DNA of 64,000 nt from an uncultured Acidobacteriaceae bacterium (GTDB lineage Bacteria; Acidobacteriota; Terriglobia; Terriglobales; Acidobacteriaceae): assembly GCA_963832465.1 (NCBI GenBank), contig CAWHUJ010000009.1, forward strand, positions 54,095 through 118,094, read 5' to 3'. The position numbers and the translations under genes were made by a program. The notes under the pieces were generated by a model, which saw only the letters and a program-made list of their open reading frames with translations, was not told the DNA's origin and searched no databases. Below, in pieces: positions 1 to 8,696 of the stretch. Position 1 is the first letter of the stretch, and each line of letters starts with the position of its first letter.

Positions 1-2
1 CT

Positions 3-785
3 CTGATCGAATTTCTGCGCACCGGCACATCTGCAGGACAGAATCCGGAGCAGAAGAAGGAGATGGCCTCGGCTCCGGCGCAAGCAACTCCACTTGATGC
101 CACAGGTGCCGCCGTCTATCGTGACCGCTGCGCCATCTGCCACGGCGACAACCGCGAAGGCATTGCTCCATCATTCCCTATGTTGATCGGGCTCGGTGGC
201 AGGCTCTCCGCAGACCAGGTTGCCGCATTGGTCCACACCGGCAAAGGCAGAATGCCGGCAATGCCCGATCTTGCCGGCCCGCAACTCCACGCACTACTGC
301 AGTACCTCGACGTGCATGAAAGCGCTGAAAAGGGAATCGACCCGCCTGCCGACCGCTACGGGTTCACCGGCTACCGCAAATTCCTTGACCCTGATGGCTA
401 TCCTGCGTTCGTTCCGCCGTGGGGCACGCTGACCGCGATTGACCTGAAAACCGGCAAGCACCTCTGGCAGATTCCGCTCGGTGAATACCCGGAACTGGCC
501 GCTCAGGGCATGAAGGGTACCGGCAGCGAGAACTACGGCGGCCCCATTGTCACTGCGGGCGGTGTCCTCTTCATCGGCGCCACCGTCTTCGACCGGAAGT
601 TCCACGCCTTCGATACCCGCACCGGCAAACTGCTCTGGGAAACCACGCTGCCTTACGCTGGCATGGCGACACCCTCCACCTACATGGTCGACGGCCAGCA
701 GTACGTCGTCACCGTATCGAGCGGCGGCCGCGATCCGAAGAGACCCACCGGGGGCTCCTACATCGCCTACACCCTCCCCCGCTAG
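3..785 (+). CDS. PQQ-dependent (glucose/quinate-type) dehydrogenase with cytochrome c domain, 3' part (truncated by window start)
   Basis: Frame open from position 3. CAICH heme motif followed by the PQQ beta-propeller C-terminus (PPWGTLTAIDL..W, GSENYGGPIVTAGG, FHAFD..TGKLLW, ATPSTY.VDG.QYVV). Confidence 0.85.
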   Translation: MIEFLRTGTSAGQNPEQKKEMASAPAQATPLDATGAAVYRDRCAICHGDNREGIAPSFPMLIGLGGRLSADQVAALVHTGKGRMPAMPDLAGPQLHALLQYLDVHESAEKGIDPPADRYGFTGYRKFLDPDGYPAFVPPWGTLTAIDLKTGKHLWQIPLGEYPELAAQGMKGTGSENYGGPIVTAGGVLFIGATVFDRKFHAFDTRTGKLLWETTLPYAGMATPSTYMVDGQQYVVTVSSGGRDPKRPTGGSYIAYTLPR

Positions 786-814
786 TCCGCCTCACAACAT
801 TAACGCAATATTAT

Positions 815-837
815 GGCAACAACATATTTGACACACC
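815..837 (+). repeat. IS1595 terminal inverted repeat (passenger-gene end)
   Basis: 21/23 match to the reverse complement of 3551-3573; preceded by TSD 807-814. Confidence 0.95.
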
Positions 838-856
838 ATGTCATGTTCCCTACAAT
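828..856 (+). promoter_or_regulatory. sigma70-type promoter with its -35 inside the IR
   Basis: TTGACA (828-833), 17 nt, TACAAT (851-856), pointing into the DUF3800-like gene. Confidence 0.75.
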
Positions 857-927
857 CCGCTGGTGAATACTCCGCCGTCATGCGGTTGTCGGCAATAGTG
901 TTCCCAGCGATGTCTAGGGAGCGCAAT

Positions 928-1722
928 ATGGCACTTTATAGCGCGTATTTCGACGAGAGCAGCGACAGCAAGTCGCCAGTCTATGTGGTGGCAGGATTCC
1001 TTTCCAATGATGCACATTGGAGTCAGTTCGAGAAAGAATGGAAAGAAGTTCTAAGGGAATTCCAGATTGTTGCATTTCATGCTCAGCATTGGGCGCTACG
1101 CAAAGGAGAATTTCGTGGCTGGGATGAATCAAAACGTAGACACCTGATGGCATCTCTGCTGGATATCATCCAGCGTCGCGCACAATTTGGTTTTGCAACC
1201 GTCGTGCACGCGTCAGCGTTCAAAAGGATCTTCCAGGGCAAGGATCGGATAGCCGTTGGATCGATCTACAATCTTTGCTGCTCAGCCTGTTTTGCAGAAA
1301 TCGGTGAGTGGGCGCAGAGAACATTCCAGATCGAGCCGATCGCGCATATCTTCGACATAGGCCACAAGAACGCGGGTGAAGTTCTCAGGAACTACCAAGG
1401 GTTGCAGCCGAAGAAAGTCGAATACCGACTTGGACCGATCTCATTCGAATCGGACGAGACTTTTGTGCCGTTGCAGGCGGCCGATCTTGCTGCTTACGAG
1501 CTATGGAAATGGCTAGATGAGCACTTCGCAAACAAGACTCGGCATGGGCGTTACCCGTTACAGGAGATAATCAGGGTCCCGTGGCGCATTAGGGAATTCG
1601 ATGAATCAATCTTGTTCGAGATCCTTGATAAAGTTCACGGTAAACCTGTAAACAAAAGATCTACCATTCATAACGTCATTTCTGCGCTCAGGCCGGGAGT
1701 TGTTCAACCGCCAGAGACATAG
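928..1722 (+). CDS. DUF3800-like protein (predicted RNase H-like fold)
   Basis: N-terminal AYFDESS..YVVAGF, FHA, IFD.GHKN and LQAADLAAY motifs typical of DUF3800. Start at 928 follows AGGGAG; the ORF track start at 838 is probably too long. Confidence 0.75.
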   Translation: MALYSAYFDESSDSKSPVYVVAGFLSNDAHWSQFEKEWKEVLREFQIVAFHAQHWALRKGEFRGWDESKRRHLMASLLDIIQRRAQFGFATVVHASAFKRIFQGKDRIAVGSIYNLCCSACFAEIGEWAQRTFQIEPIAHIFDIGHKNAGEVLRNYQGLQPKKVEYRLGPISFESDETFVPLQAADLAAYELWKWLDEHFANKTRHGRYPLQEIIRVPWRIREFDESILFEILDKVHGKPVNKRSTIHNVISALRPGVVQPPET

Positions 1723-1770
1723 AAAACCCCGCTGGCGGGCGGGGTCGGAAAAAACGCGGAACCTTTCTAG
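1721..1770 (-). ncRNA. Candidate ~50-nt small RNA convergent with the DUF3800-like gene
   Basis: Minus-strand TTGCAC (1804-1799), 17 nt, TAATAT (1781-1776), followed ~50 nt later by hairpin ACCCCGC/GCGGGGT (1745-1726) and a T-run ending at the DUF3800 stop codon. Confidence 0.5.
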
Positions 1771-1858
1771 GGCGGATATTACCGCACAAGAGAGTCATGT
1801 GCAAATCACCAATAGCGGTATCATGTTCATAACGCTTCATTTTGATTCGGGGGGCCAA

Positions 1859-2308
1859 ATGGGCACTGCGGATGATTGGGCGCGCGGAATAAGCCAGCGC
1901 ATTAAGACCAAGCAAGATCTGGACGAACGCGCGGCTGAAACTGTTCGCATGAATAGAGAGATCGTGGCAGAGCAGGGACCGCTCGCCTGGGAAGAATTGT
2001 GGGATCAATTTCAGAAGCACTGCGATGCATACAATCGCGCTGTAAATCCTAAAGCTAAGCTCTACTCGCATAGGCTCGGTAACCATGAAATCATCGTTCG
2101 TCCCGACGTTTTGGAGCCTGTAATTACCGCTAGGTACGGTTACGAAACCAAGAGCATTACCATTGAGACCAAAACAGGTTCTGTGCGGTATTTGCCCACC
2201 ACCGTTCATGTGGGACTAGGGAAGGCTCAGTATCAATCATCAGCTACAGGCCAAATCACGAGCGTAGAGTCAATGGTTCGTACGGCTATTGATGAAGCGA
2301 TGGTGTAA
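1859..2308 (+). CDS. Hypothetical protein (IS passenger, 149 aa)
   Basis: ATG at 1859 after a GGGGGG putative RBS; protein-like composition (helical N-half, beta-rich C-half); no recognisable motif. Confidence 0.6.
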   Translation: MGTADDWARGISQRIKTKQDLDERAAETVRMNREIVAEQGPLAWEELWDQFQKHCDAYNRAVNPKAKLYSHRLGNHEIIVRPDVLEPVITARYGYETKSITIETKTGSVRYLPTTVHVGLGKAQYQSSATGQITSVESMVRTAIDEAMV

Positions 2309-2312
2309 AGCC

Positions 2313-2489
2313 ATGAACCCTCCCAAAGACGCAGAGTTCACGCGATTCACAGCCGCGATGCGCGACATACTCAAAGTTTCCAAGACGGAGCTGCAGCGAC
2401 GTTTGGAAGCTGAGAAAGCAGAAAAACGGAAGCCGTCTAAGACTTCCGTTTCCCGCGCTTCTGCCGCTTCGTCCAAGCGGGCAACTTAG
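2313..2489 (+). CDS. Small basic hypothetical protein convergent with the transposase (58 aa)
   Basis: MNPPKDAEFTRFTAAMRDILKVSKTEL...; starts 4 nt after the previous stop; its stop overlaps the transposase stop (TTAG 2486-2489). Confidence 0.5.
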   Translation: MNPPKDAEFTRFTAAMRDILKVSKTELQRRLEAEKAEKRKPSKTSVSRASAASSKRAT

Positions 2490-3523
2490 AACGGCTCGCT
2501 CGTTTCCTCCACCTTGCCAGTCAGTTCTGCATAGGTGAGGCGCTTTCCCGCCACTTGCGATACTGCCAGCGCAAATCTGTCTGAGTCGGTGAGTGGGTTG
2601 TCTTTGGTCGCGCGATTGTTGAACCGGAACACCTGTTCGTCCACATAGGCGTCTAGGTGGAATGGTTCGACGGCCACATAGGTTCCACGAAGACCACGCT
2701 TGAGCAATGACCAGAAGTTCTCGATCCCGTTGGTGTGGACTTCGCCGCGAACGTACTCGTACAAGTGGTTCACTGAATCGTGAACGAAGCCCATAGCCTT
2801 GAGGCCCTTGTACTCAATCAACCCATCGCTGTAAACGGTGCTCTTCTTATCAATGCCGTTGAGGATGGCGTTCATCAACACTTCGCGCTTGATCTCTGGA
2901 ATTACCTGAGCACGAACTTTGCGAGTCTCGCGGTCGAGCATTCCGAATACCGGGATCTTCTTTGAGGCACGTCCAGCGGTTGACTTGTAATTGGGGTTAC
3001 GGATGGTGAAGCCTGCCGAATCTTTGATGTACTTTCCGTCCATCCGCTCGCTCATGTGCTTGTTTGCAGGAGCACCGCCGATATAAGCCTCATCAATCTC
3101 AACGGGGCCGCCGTCAGGGCCGCCTAGCTTGCTCCAGTTGCCATCCTTCAGCGCAAGGCGAATCCGATGCAGCATGAACCATGCCGACTTCTGAGTCACT
3201 TTCAGATCCCGCATCAGTTCATAGCTGGAGATGCCATTCTTGCAATTCACTACCAGCCAGATCGCAGTGAGCCATTTGTCCAGCGGAATCGCAGAGTCTT
3301 CGAAGATGGTTCCGGTCTTGACGCTGAATTGCTTGTGGCATTCCTTCGCCATGCATTTGAAGATGCGGCGGCTCTTGAGGTACGAGACTTTCTTTCCCTC
3401 GCAGTGCGGGCAAACAACCCCTTCAGGCCACCGCATAGAGGCAACGAACTCCACGCATACATCTGGATCAGCGAAGTAGCGAGTGGCTTGCAGAAGCGAT
3501 TTGGGAAGCTCTTGCTCTTTCAT
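2486..3523 (-). CDS. IS1595-family DDE transposase
   Basis: RWP.G..CPHC..C....C zinc ribbon, TGTIF..S.IPL.KW, KNGISS, VEIDEAYIGG, YSDG, HTNGIENFWSLLKR, FRFNNR. Confidence 0.95.
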   Translation of the reverse strand: MKEQELPKSLLQATRYFADPDVCVEFVASMRWPEGVVCPHCEGKKVSYLKSRRIFKCMAKECHKQFSVKTGTIFEDSAIPLDKWLTAIWLVVNCKNGISSYELMRDLKVTQKSAWFMLHRIRLALKDGNWSKLGGPDGGPVEIDEAYIGGAPANKHMSERMDGKYIKDSAGFTIRNPNYKSTAGRASKKIPVFGMLDRETRKVRAQVIPEIKREVLMNAILNGIDKKSTVYSDGLIEYKGLKAMGFVHDSVNHLYEYVRGEVHTNGIENFWSLLKRGLRGTYVAVEPFHLDAYVDEQVFRFNNRATKDNPLTDSDRFALAVSQVAGKRLTYAELTGKVEETSEPF

Positions 3524-3550
3524 ACATAGCTAGAATCGCATGATTGGCGT

Positions 3551-3573
3551 GGTGTGTCAAGTATATTGTTGCC
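3551..3573 (-). repeat. IS1595 terminal inverted repeat (transposase 5' end)
   Basis: Matches 815-837; followed by TSD AATATTAT 3574-3581. Contains TTGACA on the minus strand 17 nt before GATTCT, 8 nt upstream of the transposase ATG. Confidence 0.95.
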
Positions 3574-3649
3574 AATATTATCGCTTTTTCTTCGCCTTTC
3601 TCCTTCCATTTCGGGTATGCTTGCTTTCGCAACGCTGGAGGTTGCTCGA

Positions 3650-4153
3650 ATGGACGTTCAGAAGGAATTGCTGAGTGAGTTCGACCGGGAGACGGCGAAG
3701 ACTCGCAAGGTTCTTGAGGCGCTGCCCGAGAACGTGGAGATGACCTGGAAACCGCACGAAAAGTCCATGCCGCTCGGCCGCCTGGCTGGCCATCTGACCG
3801 ACATGACGGGAGACTGGGCGCTGCACACGCTCACCCAGGACGAGCTCAAGTTCGCAGCCGACCACAAATGGGAATCGTATGTGCCGGCAAACAAAGCCGC
3901 CCTGCTTCAGAAATTCGACGAGCAGCTTGGCACAGCACGTTCTGCGCTGGCTGCTGTCAAACCCGAGAAATGGGATCAGCACTGGAAGTTCATCTTCGGC
4001 GACCAGACCTGGATAGACCAGCCGCGCTATCAGGTATGGCGTGACATGGTCATCAATCACCTCGTGCACCATCGCGCTCAGCTGGGCGTCTATCTCCGTC
4101 TGATCGGCGCCAAAGTGCCCGGCTGCTATGGCCCCTCAGCAGACGAAATGTAA
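3650..4153 (+). CDS. DinB family protein
   Basis: WKPHEKSM.LG.LA.H and NHLVHHRAQLGVYLR..G..VP..YGPSADE DinB/YfiT signature; GGAGG RBS before ATG 3650. Confidence 0.85.
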   Translation: MDVQKELLSEFDRETAKTRKVLEALPENVEMTWKPHEKSMPLGRLAGHLTDMTGDWALHTLTQDELKFAADHKWESYVPANKAALLQKFDEQLGTARSALAAVKPEKWDQHWKFIFGDQTWIDQPRYQVWRDMVINHLVHHRAQLGVYLRLIGAKVPGCYGPSADEM

Positions 4154-4269
4154 TGGTTCAGCCCTCCCCTGAATGCCATCCGGCCCTTCGCACTGCCCGT
4201 ATCGAGTGCGGATGGCTGGTCACGCGGAATCACTGACAACCGACGGGCGCAGCCACTAGGCTTACAGGC

Positions 4270-4911
4270 ATGTCCTTTCAGTTTCCTGTTGTCTATCCCA
4301 TTCTTGACTCGTCAATAATTCCCAACACGAACCGTAGCGCGTTTCTGCAACATCTTGGCGAGTCCTTGACGCAGGCGGGCGTCACATTGCTTGAATACCG
4401 AAACAAGACTGGCAGCGATGCCGAGTTGGAGGCCGACCTGCACATCCTGCGTGCAGCGATGCCGCAACAGAACGTAAAGTTGATTCTCGATGACAGGGCT
4501 GATCTGATAGAAACGGTTGGCCTTGACGGGGTTCACGTCGACGCAGAAGACCTTTCGCCATCGGAGGCCAGAGGGCTCCTTGGGCCCGACAGGATCATTG
4601 GAACCTTTGGTGGCAGCAACGATCTGCTCCCTGGAGTTCTCGGGGAGCCCGTGGATTATTGGTCGATTGGACCAGTCTTTACCACGACGACAAAGCAGAC
4701 CACGAAAGCGCCAATCGGCGTGGAGGGAGTTCAGCATCTGCGCGAGCAGGCGGGGCCGAATGCTGTTCTCGTGGCGGCCGCAGGCATCACGTTTGAGCGC
4801 GCAAAAGCAGTTCTAGAAGCGGGAGCCAACTCGCTCGCTGTGGCAGCGGCGATCTTTCGCACATCTGATCCGGCGGGAGAATTTCGCCGCTGGATGAAGG
4901 CTTTGATCTAG
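4270..4911 (+). CDS. thiE: Thiamine-phosphate synthase family protein
   Basis: EYRNK, LILDDRADL, DGVHV..EDL, IGPVF.TTTK motifs. Confidence 0.8.
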   Translation: MSFQFPVVYPILDSSIIPNTNRSAFLQHLGESLTQAGVTLLEYRNKTGSDAELEADLHILRAAMPQQNVKLILDDRADLIETVGLDGVHVDAEDLSPSEARGLLGPDRIIGTFGGSNDLLPGVLGEPVDYWSIGPVFTTTTKQTTKAPIGVEGVQHLREQAGPNAVLVAAAGITFERAKAVLEAGANSLAVAAAIFRTSDPAGEFRRWMKALI

Positions 4912-4994
4912 CAAAACCACGCAGGATCAGGCGCTATCGTCCGCCAGAAAATAGCAGAAGACTTTCCTTCTCATTTCGAGTAAAACCGAGCAAA

Positions 4995-6560
4995 GTGACT
5001 TCATCCAATCTCATATCTTCGACAGAGAACGCAGAGACTGCTCAAGCGACCGGCATGATGCAGAGCCTGGGCCTCTTCAGTTCGACAGCGATCGTTGCCG
5101 GATCCATGATTGGCTCCGGCATTTTTATTGTTGGCGCAGACATCGCGCGAACAACGGATTCCCCCGCGCTCTTTCTTGGCGCCTGGCTTGTGACGGCTGT
5201 CATGACCCTGATTGCCGCGCTCAGCTATGGCGAGTTGGCAGCCATGATGCCGAAGGCAGGCGGGCAATACGTTTATCTGCGTGAGTCGCTCGGCCCTCTT
5301 TGGGGATTTCTCTACGGGTGGACATTGTTTCTCGTGATCCAGACGGGGACGATTGCGGCTGTCTGTGTCGCTTTCGGCAAGTTTCTGGGAGTCTTCTTTC
5401 CCAGTGTTTCGACAACGCATTGGCTATGGCACATCGGACATGTGCCGGCGATTCCGCTGGGACCGATGGTTTTGGGAAATATGGACATCGGTGTGAACAC
5501 GGCGAATCTCGCGGGGATTCTAGTTGCGGTGCTGCTGGCTGTAGTGAATGTCTTTGGCGTGAGGCTAGGCGCGCTGATCCAGAATATCTTCACTTCCGCG
5601 AAGGCGCTCTCACTGGCTGCGCTGGTGCTTCTAACTTTCACCATCGGGCGGAACGCGACGGCATGGAATGCCAACTTCGGTGAAGGCTTGCATCAGTTCT
5701 GGAAGAATTCGAGCTGGAGTTCGTTGCACCCCGTGCAGGTGGGCATCGGTGGACCAATTGTGCTCGTCAACATTGTGATCGTGCTTGCGGTGGTGCAAGT
5801 GGGATCGCTCTTCTCGAGCGATGCATGGAACAACATCACATTTACCGCCGGGGAAGTGAAGAATCCGAAGCGTAATATTCCGCTCTCGCTGATACTCGGG
5901 GCGGGATTTGTACTGACCGTCTACTTTCTGGCCTCGCTGGGTTATTTGCTGGTGCTGCCGTTACATGGCGATCCGCACGGTGCCACGGCGTTGGCCCGGG
6001 GACTCCAATATGCGTCTGAAGATCGCGTGGCGACGGCCGCGCTCGAAGTGATCTTCCACTCCGGTGGCGCGTACCTCATGGCTGCGGCAATCCTGGTATC
6101 AACTTTTGGTTGTGCCAATGGATTGTCGCTCGCAGGCGCGCGAGTTTATTACGCGATGAGCCAGGACGGCTTGTTTTTCAAATCAGTCGGGAAGCTGCAT
6201 CCCAAATACCGCACTCCAGCAGCAGGCTTGCTCGTTCAGGCTGTGTGGACGGCGTTGTTGTGCGTCTCCGGATCGTACAGCCAACTGCTCGACTACATTA
6301 TCTTTGCAGTGCTCGTCTTCTACATTCTTACGATCGTGGGGCTGTTTGTGCTGCGAGTGAAAAAGCCCGATGTGCCCCGGCCTTACAAGGCTCTGGGCTA
6401 CCCTGTGCTGCCCGCGCTTTATATCGTGATGGCCACATGGATTTGTGTCGTATTATTGCGGTACAAGCCCCAGTACACATGGCCGGGCCTGGTGCTCGTT
6501 CTGCTCGGCATCCCGGTTTATCTTTTCTGGTCGTGGCGTGCTGCCCGGCCGGTGGCGTAG
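4995..6560 (+). CDS. APC-family amino acid permease
   Basis: GSMIGSGIF, ALSYGELAAMMPKAGGQYVYL, GEVKNPKRNIP; about 12 hydrophobic segments. Confidence 0.9.
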   Translation: MTSSNLISSTENAETAQATGMMQSLGLFSSTAIVAGSMIGSGIFIVGADIARTTDSPALFLGAWLVTAVMTLIAALSYGELAAMMPKAGGQYVYLRESLGPLWGFLYGWTLFLVIQTGTIAAVCVAFGKFLGVFFPSVSTTHWLWHIGHVPAIPLGPMVLGNMDIGVNTANLAGILVAVLLAVVNVFGVRLGALIQNIFTSAKALSLAALVLLTFTIGRNATAWNANFGEGLHQFWKNSSWSSLHPVQVGIGGPIVLVNIVIVLAVVQVGSLFSSDAWNNITFTAGEVKNPKRNIPLSLILGAGFVLTVYFLASLGYLLVLPLHGDPHGATALARGLQYASEDRVATAALEVIFHSGGAYLMAAAILVSTFGCANGLSLAGARVYYAMSQDGLFFKSVGKLHPKYRTPAAGLLVQAVWTALLCVSGSYSQLLDYIIFAVLVFYILTIVGLFVLRVKKPDVPRPYKALGYPVLPALYIVMATWICVVLLRYKPQYTWPGLVLVLLGIPVYLFWSWRAARPVA

Positions 6561-6572
6561 GTTCTACTTCAA

Positions 6573-8127
6573 ATGACAGGGAGACGGCCCGTATACATGT
6601 CCAGGCTCTTACGCGTTAAGCCGATGTCGATGCTTGCCTCAGAGGCGAGCGAAGAGGGTGAGCACACGCTCAAACGCTCACTCGGAGCGATGAACCTCAT
6701 CACTCTTGGAATCGGCGCCGTTATTGGCGCCGGAATCTTCGTGCTCACCGGGCAGGCAGCGGCATTGCACGCAGGGCCAGCGGTGGCGCTGAGCTTCGTG
6801 CTGGCTGGATTTACCTGCGCATTCGCTGGGCTCTGCTATGCGGAGTTTGCTTCGATCATTCCGATCGCCGGTTCGGCCTACACATATGGCTACGCGACAT
6901 TGGGAGAACTTGTAGCCTGGATAATCGGCTGGGATCTGTGTCTGGAATATGCGTTTGGCGCGGCGACTGTTGCATCCGGCTGGTCCGGCTACTTTAACAG
7001 CCTTCTGCAACAGCTTCACATTTACATTCCGCCACAATTGACTGCGACGACGGGAACGCCGCTGGTCTTTTACAAGGAGCAGTGGTTGCCGGTAATGTCG
7101 CTGCCGCCTGGCATTACTCCCGACGGCCTGCCGCATGCAACTGGGTTGTTCAACCTGATCGCGATGCTGATCGTTATCGTGATTACCACAATTCTGGTGA
7201 TCGGCATTAAGGAGTCAGCCAACTTCAACTCAGCAATCGTAATCGTGAAGCTGGGAATCGTCGGCGTCTTTCTTGTGGTCGGCGGGCTGTTTCTGATGCA
7301 TCACCCACAGGTCGCTCAGGCAAACTGGCACCCATTCGTACCACCGCCGGACGGGAAGGGCAACTTCGGCTGGGGCGGTATTCCCACGGCCGCAGCTTCC
7401 ATTTTCTTCGCGTACATTGGTTTTGACGCAGTCTCAACGGCGGCGCAGGAAGCTCGCAATCCGCAGCGGGATATGCCGATCGGCATCCTCGGGTCGCTGG
7501 TGGTCTGCACCGTCCTCTACATCCTCGTCTCGCTCGTTCTGACGGGCCTGGTGAGCTACAAGACATTGAATGTCGCTGCTCCCGTGGCGCTGGCGATTGA
7601 CGCGACGGGGTGAGCTGGGGATCGATGCTCGTGAAGATCGGCGCGGTGTTCGGCCTCGCTACGGTGATGCTCGTCATGCTGCTCGGACAGTCCCGCGTCT
7701 TCTATTCGATGTCAAAGGATGGCTTGTTCGGAAGTGGGCGTCGGCGATACATCCGAAGTTTCGTACACCTTGGATCACGACCATCGTCTTCGGCGCCTTT
7801 GCGGCGATCATGCCGGCATTTCTGCCGATCGACAACCTGTCACAGCTGGTGAATATCGGCACGCTGCTGGCGTTCACGATTGTCTGCGCGGGAGTCTGGG
7901 TGATGCGCGTGCGCCATCCTGAGATGAAGCGGCCCTTCAAGACGCCGCTGGTGCCGCTGGTGCCGATTCTGGGAATCATTTCGGCGCTCTATCTGATGAG
8001 CAGGCTGCAGATGATCACATGGATCGTAATGATCGTGTGGCTGTTGATTGGACTGGTCATCTACTTCACCTATTCGATGAAGCACAGCAAGGTGCAGGCG
8101 CTCGTCCAGGATGCTGAAGCAGATTGA
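6573..8127 (+). pseudogene. APC-family (cationic) amino acid permease with two frameshifts (likely sequencing errors)
   Basis: GAVIGAGIF, GLCYAEFAS, FFAYIGFDAVST.AQE..NPQRD. The protein continues in ORF 7610-7852 and then 7570-8127; each break (~7610, ~7731) is repaired by adding one G to a G-run. Confidence 0.8.
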
Positions 8128-8148
8128 GAGGATAACTCAAAACGCTGA

Positions 8149-8172
8149 AACGGCCTCCCACGGGAGGCCGTT
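8149..8172. terminator. Bidirectional intrinsic terminator
   Basis: AACGGCCTCCC/GGGAGGCCGTT inverted repeat between convergent genes. Confidence 0.75.
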
Positions 8173-8197
8173 CTTATTGGGTCGAAGATCGGACAGC

Positions 8198-8626
8198 CTA
8201 GGCCGAAGTCGGCGTACAAAGCTGATCAAATACGCGTACCAGTTCGCCGCCAATCTGCTGAGCCGTGGCCTGCTCGATGACGAAACGCTGCATCAGATAC
8301 GCGAGCTTGCCGTCGCGCAGAATCGCGATTGCTGGAGATGTTGGCGGCTGACCTTCAAAGTAGCTGCGTGCGCGTTCAGTGGCGTCGCGGTCCTGACCGG
8401 CGAAGACGGTGATGACCTGATCGGGTTTGTTTGTCGCACTGGACAATGCCATGCGCACACCGGGGCGCATCTTGCCTGCCGCGCAACCACAGATAGAGTT
8501 GACAACAACCATGGTTGTGCCGGGCTGCGCCAACGCCGTGTCAACTTCTTCAGCTGTGCGGGTTTCCTTAATTCCGGCGCGGACAAGCTCTTCGCGCATA
8601 GGAATGACCATGATCTCTGGGTACAC
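8198..8626 (-). CDS. BrxA/BrxB family bacilliredoxin
   Basis: VVNSICGCAAG..RP, TVFAGQD..AT, PPTSPAIA motifs. Confidence 0.9.
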   Translation of the reverse strand: MYPEIMVIPMREELVRAGIKETRTAEEVDTALAQPGTTMVVVNSICGCAAGKMRPGVRMALSSATNKPDQVITVFAGQDRDATERARSYFEGQPPTSPAIAILRDGKLAYLMQRFVIEQATAQQIGGELVRVFDQLCTPTSA

Positions 8627-8696
8627 GTGAACCTCCGGCGTGAAAATTGCCTCTTCCTATTCTATCCGCAATTGCCGCCGGTGTAGCCTTGAAGGA

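Larger units (their letters stand above)
815..3573 (-). mobile_element. Complete IS1595-family element with passenger genes (2,759 bp)
   Basis: 23-bp terminal IRs GGCAACAACATATTTGACACACC (815-837) and GGTGTGTCAAGTATATTGTTGCC (3551-3573) with 2 mismatches. Flanked by an 8-bp direct repeat AATATTAT (807-814 and 3574-3581). IS1595 transposase inside. Confidence 0.95.

Noticed and set aside
857-863. CCGCTGG present both in the DUF3800 leader and at 1729-1735 (possible sRNA-leader pairing)
   Set aside because: Only 7 nt, GC-rich, and partly buried in the terminator hairpin; expected by chance.
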